Assembly (NCBI GenBank): GCA_965218295.1
Contig: CBDCKN010000005.1
Coordinates: 40,253-104,252 of the forward strand
DNA length: 64,000 nt
Direction: 5' to 3'
Source of the DNA: Longimicrobiales bacterium
GTDB lineage: Bacteria; Gemmatimonadota; Gemmatimonadetes; Longimicrobiales; Gaopeijiaceae
The position numbers and the translations under genes were made by a program. Position 1 is the stretch's first letter, and the number at the start of each line of letters is the position of its first letter. The notes beneath the pieces were generated by a model. The model searched no databases. It saw only the letters and a list, made by a program, of their open reading frames with translations, and was not told where the DNA came from. This document shows, one piece after another, positions 1 through 8,596 of the stretch.

Positions 1-126
1 GATGAGGGCCCCACCGCTCTTCCCGGCCAACAGGGCGTCCCAGGTTGAGGCGACGTCGTTACCTACGGGAGTAACCGCGCCTAGGCCGGTGATGACGACT
101 CTCCGACCGCCGGTGGACGGTGTCAT
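1..126 (-). CDS. fabF: beta-ketoacyl-ACP synthase II, N-terminal part (runs off window)
   Basis: Manual translation [38 protein letters not shown]; directly downstream of acpP; not in ORF track. Confidence 0.92.
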   Translation of the reverse strand, partial: MTPSTGGRRVVITGLGAVTPVGNDVASTWDALLAGKSGGALI

Positions 127-159
127 GCTCGAATGTCCTGCAGGTTTATGCGGGGGGGC

Positions 160-399
160 CTACTCAGCGTTCTTCTTGATGTAGGCGATCGCGTCCGCCA
201 CGGTCCTCATCTGCTCCGCGTCCTCGTCGGGAATGTCGATGGTGAACTCCTCCTCGAAGGCCATCACCAGCTCCACCGTGTCGAGGGAATCGGCTCCGAG
301 ATCGTCCACGAACGACGCCTCCCCTGTGACCTTTTCCGGATCGACGCCCAGCTCGTTAGTGATGATCTCCTTGACCTTCGATGCCGTGTTGTCAGCCAT
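160..399 (-). CDS. acpP: acyl carrier protein
   Basis: [19 protein letters not shown] phosphopantetheine motif; GGAGG RBS. Confidence 0.98.
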   Translation of the reverse strand: MADNTASKVKEIITNELGVDPEKVTGEASFVDDLGADSLDTVELVMAFEEEFTIDIPDEDAEQMRTVADAIAYIKKNAE

Positions 400-466
400 G
401 GTGCCTCCGTAAAGGTGAGTATTTCCTGCCGTGCAGTAGAATTGAAATATCGGGAGCCGGCCTCCC

Positions 467-1204
467 TCACATCACCATCCCGCCGTCCACCGAAATGACC
501 TGTCCGGTAATGTAGCGGGCAGCAGGTCCGGCGAGAAAGCGTACGAGGCCGGCCACGTCGGACGGCTCGCCCAGGTGACCCAGGGGGATCCTGGCATGGA
601 GCTCCTCGATGGTCGCTTCGGGGAGCTCGGCGGTCATGTCCGTGGTGATGAAACCCGGTGCGATGGCATTGCACCGCACCCCTCGGGACGCCAGCTCCTT
701 GGCGATGCTCTTGGTGAAGCCGATGAGGCCGGCCTTGGACGCCGCGTAGTTCGCCTGACCGGCGTTGCCGATCAGGCCGACCACGGATGTGACGTTGAGA
801 ATCACCCCACTCCGCCGCCTCATCATGCCTCGTGCCAAGGCCTTCGTCATGTTGAAGGCACCCTTGAGGTTCACCGCGAGGACGTCGTCCCACTCCTCTT
901 CCTTCATGCGGATGAAGAGGTTGTCCCGGGTGATTCCCGCGTTGTTCACGAGAATGTCGACGGGACCCAGATCCTTCGTAACCTGGTCCGCGGCGGACGC
1001 GGCGCTTTCGTAATTGCTGACGTCGCAGCCGTAGGCCCGGTGGCCCTCGCCTTCGAGGCCGCCCGCTGCTGCGTTGCCCGCTTCTTCGTTCCGGCCGATC
1101 ACCGCCACCGTGCACCCGGCACGGGCCAGCTCCTGCGAGACGGCCAGGCCGATCCCCCGGGACCCCCCGGTGACCAGAGTGATATGTCCACTCAACTCGT
1201 TCAT
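467..1204 (-). CDS. fabG: 3-oxoacyl-ACP reductase
   Basis: [19 protein letters not shown]; start trimmed to ATG 1204 (MNELSG). Confidence 0.96.
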   Translation of the reverse strand: MNELSGHITLVTGGSRGIGLAVSQELARAGCTVAVIGRNEEAGNAAAGGLEGEGHRAYGCDVSNYESAASAADQVTKDLGPVDILVNNAGITRDNLFIRMKEEEWDDVLAVNLKGAFNMTKALARGMMRRRSGVILNVTSVVGLIGNAGQANYAASKAGLIGFTKSIAKELASRGVRCNAIAPGFITTDMTAELPEATIEELHARIPLGHLGEPSDVAGLVRFLAGPAARYITGQVISVDGGMVM

Positions 1205-1214
1205 GTCCGGTCTG

Positions 1215-2138
1215 TCAGCCTTCCCAGTTTTCCAGATCCTCGGGCTCCCCGAGGGAGCTACAGGGAATACTCTTGGCGTTTCGTCTATTGAGTCCTTGGA
1301 GCACCGAGCCCGGGCCGAGCTCGAGGAATTCATCTACCCCCGACTCCACCATCTGCCCCACCGATGCGGCCCAGCGCACGGGAGAGGTCAACTGACGGAT
1401 GAGGAGGTCGCGTGCCCCGGCGCCGGAGGTCACGGGCTTCGCCGTCACGTTTGCCACCACTGGGTAGTTCAGGTCCCTGAAGTCGGTCTCCTTCAGGTAC
1501 TCCCGGAGGCCGACCTCGGCGGGCGCCATGAGGGGCGAGTGGAAGGCGCCCGACACGCTCAGCTTCACGACTCTCTTCGCGCCCTCCTCCAGGGCCAACT
1601 CCATGGCTCGTTCGACTCCGGCCACGTCTCCGCTGATCACGACCTGTCCCCGGGAATTGAAGTTGGCCGGTACGCAGGTCCCGGCCTCGGTGCTGGCCTC
1701 CACGCAGACCGATATCAGGACGTCGTCGTCCAGCCCCAGCACGGCCGCCATGGTGCCGAGGCGATCCTGTCCCGCCGAATACATGAGCTCGCCTCTCAGC
1801 CGGACGGTCCGCAGGGCATCGCCGAAGTCGAGAGTCCCCGCGGCCACATGAGCCGAGAACTCGCCCAGGGAGTGCCCAGCGGCCATCCCGACGTCACCAA
1901 GCCGATCGGAGATGACGCGGTACACGGCGGTGGAGTGCGTGAGCATGGCGGGCTGGGCGTTCTGTGTGAGAACCAGCTCGTCCTCCGGGCCTTTCCAAGC
2001 CAGCCGCGAAATCCCGAATCCCAGGACGTCGTCGGCCTCCTCGAAGGTCTGAGCCGCTAGAGGGTATGCCTCAGCCAGCTCTCGGCCCATTCCGACGTGC
2101 TGAGACCCCTGTCCGGGGAAAAGAAGTGCTAGGGACAT
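1215..2138 (-). CDS. fabD: malonyl-CoA:ACP transacylase
   Basis: FPGQGSQ, GHSLGE, VSGAFHS. Confidence 0.97.
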   Translation of the reverse strand: MSLALLFPGQGSQHVGMGRELAEAYPLAAQTFEEADDVLGFGISRLAWKGPEDELVLTQNAQPAMLTHSTAVYRVISDRLGDVGMAAGHSLGEFSAHVAAGTLDFGDALRTVRLRGELMYSAGQDRLGTMAAVLGLDDDVLISVCVEASTEAGTCVPANFNSRGQVVISGDVAGVERAMELALEEGAKRVVKLSVSGAFHSPLMAPAEVGLREYLKETDFRDLNYPVVANVTAKPVTSGAGARDLLIRQLTSPVRWAASVGQMVESGVDEFLELGPGSVLQGLNRRNAKSIPCSSLGEPEDLENWEG

Positions 2139-2172
2139 GGCTCGGGAGCGGCTTTCAGCTTCGCTTCGGCAT

Positions 2173-3165
2173 CTACCAGCGGAGGGCCATGGCCCCCCAC
2201 GTGAGGCCGGCGCCGAAGGCGACTGTCAGGACGTTCATGTCCGGGCGCAACCTACCCTCTTCCACGGCCTCGTCCAGAGCTACCGGAATGGTTGCCGAGC
2301 TCATGTTCCCGTAGCGCTCCACGTTCACGAAGACCTTCTCCATGGGAATGCCAGAGTATCGGGCCGTGGCCTCGATGATGCGGACGTTGGCCTGGTGGGG
2401 GACCATCAGGTCCACGTCCTCGGCGGTGAGACCCGACTGCTTGAGCGCGAGGTTCGCGGCCTCGGCCATGGAGCGGACGGCACTCTTGAAGATCTCCCGC
2501 CCTGACATGCGCACGAAGTGGTCGCCGGTCCTAAGCACCTCTTCGTCCACGGGCACGGCGGCTCCGCCCGCCGGACGATACAGCAGCTCGGCCAGATTGC
2601 CGTCCGAGCCGTGATGGGTGCCCAGGATACCTTTCGATCCGTCGGACCGCCGCACCACAGCGGCTCCGGCCCCGTCTCCGAAGAGCACACACGTGGAGCG
2701 ATCCGCCCAGTCGGTGATGGAGCTCATCTTCTCCGCGGCCACGACCAGGGCGATCTCTCCGCGACCAGCCGTCAGGTATCCCTCGGCCATGGTGAGCCCG
2801 TATAGCCAGCCGGAGCAGGCTGCCGAGATGTCGAGGGCCACGGCGTTGCCGGCCCCCAACAGCGCCTGCATATCGCACGCCGTAGACGGGAGCAAACGGT
2901 CCGGAGTGGCGGTCGAGACGATCAGGATGTCGATCTCTCCCGGCTCGACCCCCGCCCGCTCCATGGCAATGTCAGCCGCGGAGGCCCCCATGCCGGCAAC
3001 GGTGGTCTGCGCGCAGGCGATACGACGTTCCTTGATGCCCGTGCGCTCGGTGATCCACTGGTCGGTGGTGTCCACCATGCCTTCGAGTTCGCGATTGGTG
3101 AGCACACGGTCCGGCAGGTAGCGCCCCATAGAGACGATCTCGACCAGGGACTTCGGCGTCTTCAA
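2173..3165 (-). CDS. fabH: beta-ketoacyl-ACP synthase III
   Basis: AACSG, PHQAN, YGNMS catalytic Cys-His-Asn. Confidence 0.97.
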   Translation of the reverse strand: MKTPKSLVEIVSMGRYLPDRVLTNRELEGMVDTTDQWITERTGIKERRIACAQTTVAGMGASAADIAMERAGVEPGEIDILIVSTATPDRLLPSTACDMQALLGAGNAVALDISAACSGWLYGLTMAEGYLTAGRGEIALVVAAEKMSSITDWADRSTCVLFGDGAGAAVVRRSDGSKGILGTHHGSDGNLAELLYRPAGGAAVPVDEEVLRTGDHFVRMSGREIFKSAVRSMAEAANLALKQSGLTAEDVDLMVPHQANVRIIEATARYSGIPMEKVFVNVERYGNMSSATIPVALDEAVEEGRLRPDMNVLTVAFGAGLTWGAMALRW

Positions 3166-4157
3166 ACCGTGCCGCCTTGAACGACCGGCATCGTGAGCTC
3201 CTTCTCGAAGTGGGACACCATCGACGCCCGTGCGGCCCTGTCCGCTACGCCGATGGCGTTGCGGATGGCCTTGGGTGGGGATCCTCCGTGGCAGATGATG
3301 GGAATTCCGTTCACGCCGAGGAGAGGTGCGCCACCCGTCTCGGTATAATCGAGGAGACGAAACACTTCGTCCAGGTCGTGGTTCGATTGTATCTCGCCGA
3401 GGGCGTTGGTGAGAAGGCTCACGATGAAGCTGGCGACGGACCCGTAGAACTTGAGAAGCACGTTGCCGACGAAACCGTCACACACCAGAACGTCGCAGGC
3501 GCCCTCGACGATGCCCCGGCCTTCCACGTTGCCAACGAAGTTGAGACCGCTCTCCACGAGGCCCTGGTAGGTCGCCACGGCCAGCTCGTCACCCTTCTTC
3601 GGCTCCTCCCCGATGTTCAGAAGGCCGACGCGCGGGCTGGCGATGTCCATGAGATCCTGAGCGTAGACCTTCCCCAAGCGAGCGAACTGGATGAGCTGAT
3701 GGGGTTTGCAGTCTACATTGGCACCGGCGTCGACAAGAAGGAGTGGGCCGTTGGCCGTAGGGATCACGGCTCCGATGGCCGGTCGATCCACGCCCTGAAG
3801 AGGGCGGAGGATGAACAGTGAGGCCGCCATGACGGCGCCTGTCGATCCGGCACTGATGAAGGCGTCGGCCTCTCCCTTCTGGTGGAGGCCCAGGCCGATG
3901 GCGATGGAGGATTCCGGCTTGCGACGAAGAACGGTGGAAGGAGGCTCGCCCGGCAACACCCGGTCCGGGGCGTGGACGATGCTCAGCCGGTCTTCTGGAA
4001 AGTCATGATGAAGGGCGAGCTCGGACTCGAGGGCAGTGCGATCCCCCACCAGGAGGATCTCGACGTCCGATTGGGAATCCTGGAGAGCACTGACCGCTCC
4101 GGCCACCTCAATAGTCGGGGCCTGGTCGGTGCCCATGGCGTCCAGGGCAATCCGCAC
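3162..4157 (-). CDS. plsX: phosphate acyltransferase
   Basis: IALDAMG, DAGANVD, LLNIGEE, GGAPLLG; rpmF-plsX-fabH synteny. Confidence 0.97.
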   Translation of the reverse strand: MRIALDAMGTDQAPTIEVAGAVSALQDSQSDVEILLVGDRTALESELALHHDFPEDRLSIVHAPDRVLPGEPPSTVLRRKPESSIAIGLGLHQKGEADAFISAGSTGAVMAASLFILRPLQGVDRPAIGAVIPTANGPLLLVDAGANVDCKPHQLIQFARLGKVYAQDLMDIASPRVGLLNIGEEPKKGDELAVATYQGLVESGLNFVGNVEGRGIVEGACDVLVCDGFVGNVLLKFYGSVASFIVSLLTNALGEIQSNHDLDEVFRLLDYTETGGAPLLGVNGIPIICHGGSPPKAIRNAIGVADRAARASMVSHFEKELTMPVVQGGTV

Positions 4158-4182
4158 CTCGCTTGATCCCGTGGCCGGAAGG

Positions 4183-4365
4183 TCAGTCCAGGTCCAGCTC
4201 GATCACCTGCTCACCCCCGTAGTACCCGCAGCTCGGGCACACTCGGTGTGGGATCTTGGGATCCCCGCAACGGGAGCAGGTGTTGGTCACCACGGGCTCG
4301 GCCTTGTAATGCGTGCGGCGCTTGCGCTTGCGCTGCTTGGAGATCTTCTTCTTCGGAACAGCCAT
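4183..4365 (-). CDS. rpmF: 50S ribosomal protein L32
   Basis: MAVPKKKISK, two CxxC pairs. Confidence 0.97.
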   Translation of the reverse strand: MAVPKKKISKQRKRKRRTHYKAEPVVTNTCSRCGDPKIPHRVCPSCGYYGGEQVIELDLD

Positions 4366-4374
4366 CGGTCATGT

Positions 4375-4884
4375 TCACTCGCTCTTGAGTGCTCGCAGGG
4401 CATCCCACCTCGGGTCCATGTCCTCCGTCGAGCACTGGCAATCAGCCTCGTTCAGGTTCATCCCGCACCCGGCGCACAAGCCTCTGCAATCCGCTTGGCA
4501 CTCCACGTACATCGGCGCCGACATGATCAACTCATCACGAAGATACGGTCCCAGGTCGATCTTACGTTGGCTCGGCTCAATACGGCGTGTCTCCTCGTCG
4601 TCGTCCTCCAACAACTCCGACGGAGCGAAGATCATCGTGATCCCGGCATCCACCGTCCGCTCGACCGGTTCGAGACAGCGACGACAAGCTTGGGCAACGG
4701 AGCCCGTGAGCCTACCGCGCAAGACTACCTCACCCGAGACGGCCCACGTAGCCGTCAGGACCACGTGGAGGGGCTTCTCAAGTACGAATGCGCATCCCTC
4801 GAAGGAATGCTGATCCGGCTCGAGGAATCCCTCTACTTGCAGCGATCGCTCCCGCTCCAAGTGAGCCAGGTCGACTCTGAGCAT
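4375..4884 (-). CDS. DUF177/YceD family protein
   Basis: CRRCLE and CRGLCAGCG...DPRW motifs; upstream of rpmF. Confidence 0.92.
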   Translation of the reverse strand: MLRVDLAHLERERSLQVEGFLEPDQHSFEGCAFVLEKPLHVVLTATWAVSGEVVLRGRLTGSVAQACRRCLEPVERTVDAGITMIFAPSELLEDDDEETRRIEPSQRKIDLGPYLRDELIMSAPMYVECQADCRGLCAGCGMNLNEADCQCSTEDMDPRWDALRALKSE

Positions 4885-4892
4885 AGAAAAAA

Positions 4893-4921
4893 AACCTATC
4901 CCAACCCTACAGGGGAGTCAA
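4893..4921 (-). promoter_or_regulatory. sigma70-like promoter for yceD-rpmF-plsX-fab operon
   Basis: TTGACT-17 nt-TAGGTT, ending 8 nt before the yceD ATG. Confidence 0.6.
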
Positions 4922-4963
4922 CGCGAGAAAAGCCCCTGTCCACTGTCCTTCCCCAACAGCCTT

Positions 4964-5383
4964 CTAACGCTCGAGGCGCTCGTGGCGCGAGAAGAAGAAA
5001 GCGATCTCGGCCGCGGCATTCTCGTCGGAATCGGACGCGTGAATGGCGTTCCTCTCCTTCGATTCCGCGTAGAGTCGCCGGACCGTCCCTGCGTCGGCTT
5101 CAACCGGATCCGTTGCGCCGATGATCTGCCGCAGCTTCGCGACGGCATCGTCGGCTTGGAGAACCATGGGAATCACCGGACCTGACGTCATGAAGCCCAC
5201 GAGCGAGTGGTAGAAGGGTCGCTCCTTGTGGACCTCGTAGAACACGCCCGCTTGGTCGGGATCCAGGCGCGTCATCTTGATCGCGCACACGGTGAACCCC
5301 GCATCCTCCAGATGTGCCAGAATCTTTCCCGCGAGGCCGGACCCTACGGCATCCGGCTTGATGATCGCGAGCGTAGAGCTCAT
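4964..5383 (-). CDS. ndk: nucleoside diphosphate kinase
   Basis: TLAIIKPDAV, FMTSGP, RNAIHASDS. Confidence 0.97.
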   Translation of the reverse strand: MSSTLAIIKPDAVGSGLAGKILAHLEDAGFTVCAIKMTRLDPDQAGVFYEVHKERPFYHSLVGFMTSGPVIPMVLQADDAVAKLRQIIGATDPVEADAGTVRRLYAESKERNAIHASDSDENAAAEIAFFFSRHERLER

Positions 5384-5412
5384 ATGACTTCATTCCTCCG
5401 GGTAACGATGTC

Positions 5413-6306
5413 TCAGCTCTCTGTGGGCCCGAATAGCAGCCGCAGTACTTCTCCTCGGGTGAGGAAGCCGACCATTTCACCCTCCCGGATGACGGGGAGC
5501 TCTTCGACGTCCCTATTCACCATGATGAACGCCGCCTCCATGAGGCTCTGATCCTCCGAGACGCACATGACGCTCCGGGTCATGATCTCACGGGCCGTGG
5601 GCTCCTGTAGGGGCGTCGTGTCCTGCGGCTCGCCAGTCTCTTCTGTTTGGGTCTTGGCGACTACGTGCTTCATGGCGTCGCCCGTCGTGATGATACCGAG
5701 AAACTCGTAGTCCTCTCCCACGACCGGCACCGACTTCAGTCCTCGTCGCACCATCAGGTCCACTACTTCGGTGTAGGGTGTGTCGGAATAGACGCGGTAC
5801 TGGAGGGGCGCGAGAACATCCTCCACCAAGAGGCGTTCGTGGAGCTCGATCTCCATGAGGCTCTTGAGGCTCTTCACGGCATCGACCGACTGGGCGGCCA
5901 AGAGCGGCCCCGCCCTCTCTTCCTCGCGGAAGAACCGGACCAGCGCCGGCAACATCTGATGCTTCAGGGTGGCGAACCGGCGCGGCGTCACCAGCAACAC
6001 GAGAACTCGCGCTGCGGTCGGCCCGTCATCCCTTGCAGCATTCACCTGGAAGGGTTCCGGCGACATTCCGAGCACGGCAGACACCGACTCCAGCGTGTCC
6101 TCCTGGGCGAGAACGACGACGACCTGGTCGTGGACGCGGGCCACCTCGCCGGCGGATCCCGAGGCGAGGTCGATGGCTACCCGTTCAGCCCTCTCGGGGG
6201 TGAAGCCCTCCACGGCCTCCAGAGCGACCGCAAGTGCGCCTTCTAGGTCCGGTGCGTCCAGTGGGACCAGAATCCCACCGTGACCGAGTAAGTCTATGAG
6301 CTTCAT
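5413..6306 (-). CDS. degenerate PTS EIIA-like domain + CBS pair protein
   Basis: C-terminal tandem CBS (VPVV...LGIITTGD; LPVI...VGFLTRGE); N-terminal half resembles the EIIA(Fru/Ntr) fold. Confidence 0.7.
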   Translation of the reverse strand: MKLIDLLGHGGILVPLDAPDLEGALAVALEAVEGFTPERAERVAIDLASGSAGEVARVHDQVVVVLAQEDTLESVSAVLGMSPEPFQVNAARDDGPTAARVLVLLVTPRRFATLKHQMLPALVRFFREEERAGPLLAAQSVDAVKSLKSLMEIELHERLLVEDVLAPLQYRVYSDTPYTEVVDLMVRRGLKSVPVVGEDYEFLGIITTGDAMKHVVAKTQTEETGEPQDTTPLQEPTAREIMTRSVMCVSEDQSLMEAAFIMVNRDVEELPVIREGEMVGFLTRGEVLRLLFGPTES

Positions 6307-6352
6307 GTCGTCCTCCGTCGAGGACTCAACTCGAATGCCAATCGATCATCGG

Positions 6353-7255
6353 TTACAGGCCGCTCGCCTTTACTCCGATGGCGTTCCGGATCAGGTCCAC
6401 GATGTCCACGGGGCGCTTCGCCACGCTTATCCCGTTGTCTTCAAAGGCCTTCGTCTTCTCCTCCGCCGTTCCTGCGGAGCCGCTGATGATCGCACCGGCG
6501 TGGCCCATGCGTCGACCCGGAGGAGCAGTCTGGCCGGCGATGAAGCCTACCACCGGAATCTCCAGGTTCTCCTTCACCCAGGTCGCCGCCTCCTGCTCGT
6601 CGGTGCCGCCGATCTCACCGATCATCACGACGGCTTGGGTATCGGGATCAGCGGCGAACGCCTCGAGTGCGTCCACGAAGTTAGTGCCGATGAGCGGATC
6701 ACCTCCGATACCGACGCAGGTCGTCTGTCCGATACCTGCGTTGGTCAGTTGGATGACCGCCTCATACGTGAGAGTGCCGGACCGGGAGATCACGCCTACG
6801 GGACCCGGAGTCACGATCTCATCCGGAATGATCCCGACCTTTGCCTTTCCGGGCGAGATCAAACCGGGGCAGTTCGGCCCCAGGAGTCGGGTGCCCCGAT
6901 CGCGGGCGAAGGCGTGGGCCCGAGCCATGTCCAGGACCGGAATCCCCTCCGTGATGGCCACGACCAGATCGACGCCCGCGTCGGTCGCCTCCTCGATGGC
7001 TCCGGCCGCGAAGGCGGGCGGCACGTAGACGATCGAGGCGTTGGCACCGGTCTCCGCCACGGCGCGATCCATGGAGTTGAAGATGGGGACGGAGATTCCG
7101 TTGGGGCCCTCGAATGTCTGACCCCCCTTCCCCGGCGTAACTCCGGCCACCACATCCGTGCCGTACTCGATCATCTGGGCCGTGTGGAAGGAACCGTCCC
7201 TTCCCGTGATGCCCTGGACGACCAGTTTCGTTTTTGCGTCGACAAGAATCGCCAT
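6353..7255 (-). CDS. sucD: succinyl-CoA synthetase alpha subunit
   Basis: VQGITG, GPNCPG, RMGHAGA. Confidence 0.98.
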   Translation of the reverse strand: MAILVDAKTKLVVQGITGRDGSFHTAQMIEYGTDVVAGVTPGKGGQTFEGPNGISVPIFNSMDRAVAETGANASIVYVPPAFAAGAIEEATDAGVDLVVAITEGIPVLDMARAHAFARDRGTRLLGPNCPGLISPGKAKVGIIPDEIVTPGPVGVISRSGTLTYEAVIQLTNAGIGQTTCVGIGGDPLIGTNFVDALEAFAADPDTQAVVMIGEIGGTDEQEAATWVKENLEIPVVGFIAGQTAPPGRRMGHAGAIISGSAGTAEEKTKAFEDNGISVAKRPVDIVDLIRNAIGVKASGL

Positions 7256-7293
7256 CTATCGTCTCATTGGCTCGTCCTCCATCGTCGCCGGCG

Positions 7294-8430
7294 TCACGCT
7301 TCTGCAGCCATCTGCACGGCCCGCTCGACGACGTCGTCCATAGAGGTGAAAGCCGAGAAGCCCGCCTCGGCCAGAATCTCCAGTCCTTCCTTCTCGTTGG
7401 TCCCCGTGAGGCGGATCACGATAGGGGGCTCAATGTCGATGCTCCGGGTGGCCTCCACGATGCCCTTCGCCACGTCGTCACAGCGCGTGATCCCTCCGAA
7501 GATGTTGAACAGGATCACGTCCACGTTGGAATCGGAGGTGATGATTTCCAGGGCGGCCACGACCTTCTCGGGGTTCGACGATCCTCCGATGTCCAGGAAG
7601 TTCGCCGGCTCCCCGCCGTAGTACTTCACCAGGTCCATGGTGGCCATAGCCAAGCCGGCTCCGTTCACACAGCAGCCCACGTTGCCGTCGAGCTTCACGT
7701 AGCTGAGGTTCGCCTCGCGAGCCTTGGTCTCGACCCACGGCTCCGCCGACAGATCTCGGTACTCCGCGATCTCGGGCTGCCTGAAGAGCTCGCTGTCGTC
7801 GATGCTCATCTTGGCGTCGATGGCCTTAACTTCGCCGGCGGTGGTGGTGATCAGCGGATTGATCTCCACCATCGATGCGCCACTCGAGGTGAAGGCGTCG
7901 TAGAGTTGCCGGATGATCTTGGAGGCCTGCTTGATCAGTGCCGGATCGTCATAGAGGGCGTTGGCCAGCCAGAAAGCCTGGTGGTCCATGAGCCCATAGC
8001 GCGGATCCACCGTGAGCTTGCGGATGGTGTCGGGAGTGGTGTGCGCCACTTCCTCGATGTCGATTCCCCCCTCGGAGGACACCATGAACGTGGCGGCCTG
8101 CGAGCCGCGATCGATGAGAACACCCACGTAGGCCTCGGTGTCGATGTCCTCTGCCGGGGTGATCAAGACCTTCTCCACGGTGAGGCTGGAGATGGTCATG
8201 CCGAGAATGTTCTCGGCGTGCTCCCGCACCTCGTCGGGAGTCTTGGCCAACTTCACGCCTCCGGCTTTACCCCGCCCACCGGTGTGGACCTGCGCCTTCA
8301 CCACCACCATGCCACCGTACTTCTCGGCGATCTGGACGGCTTCGTCGGGCGTGGTGGCCACCTCTCCGGGCGGCACTGGAATGCCCTTGGAGCGAAGGAT
8401 CTCCTTCGCCTGATATTCGTGAATATTCAT
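7294..8430 (-). CDS. sucC: succinyl-CoA synthetase beta subunit
   Basis: [30 protein letters not shown]; start trimmed to 8430. Confidence 0.98.
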   Translation of the reverse strand: MNIHEYQAKEILRSKGIPVPPGEVATTPDEAVQIAEKYGGMVVVKAQVHTGGRGKAGGVKLAKTPDEVREHAENILGMTISSLTVEKVLITPAEDIDTEAYVGVLIDRGSQAATFMVSSEGGIDIEEVAHTTPDTIRKLTVDPRYGLMDHQAFWLANALYDDPALIKQASKIIRQLYDAFTSSGASMVEINPLITTTAGEVKAIDAKMSIDDSELFRQPEIAEYRDLSAEPWVETKAREANLSYVKLDGNVGCCVNGAGLAMATMDLVKYYGGEPANFLDIGGSSNPEKVVAALEIITSDSNVDVILFNIFGGITRCDDVAKGIVEATRSIDIEPPIVIRLTGTNEKEGLEILAEAGFSAFTSMDDVVERAVQMAAEA

Positions 8431-8520
8431 CTGAGTCGGGCTCGAAGTCGAATCGACCGATGGGAATAGCTCCGGAGACGACATCGTCTCGCGCCGTGAG
8501 ACGGAGCCTGCGAGGGCCTG

Positions 8521-8549
8521 AAGCTACCAAGGCTGCAACGGGCGATCAA
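8521..8549 (-). promoter_or_regulatory. sigma70-like promoter for sucCD
   Basis: TTGATC-17 nt-TAGCTT with extended -10 TG. Confidence 0.55.
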
Positions 8550-8596
8550 GGAACGGAGTCCTAGTGTCGGATCCCGAAATCCTCGAGGCACCGAGA

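Noticed and set aside
6296..8469. Long plus-strand ORFs opposite sucCD (likewise opposite nuo, 57726-58739 and 62566-63882)
   Set aside because: Antisense shadows typical of high-GC coding DNA; no recognisable motifs
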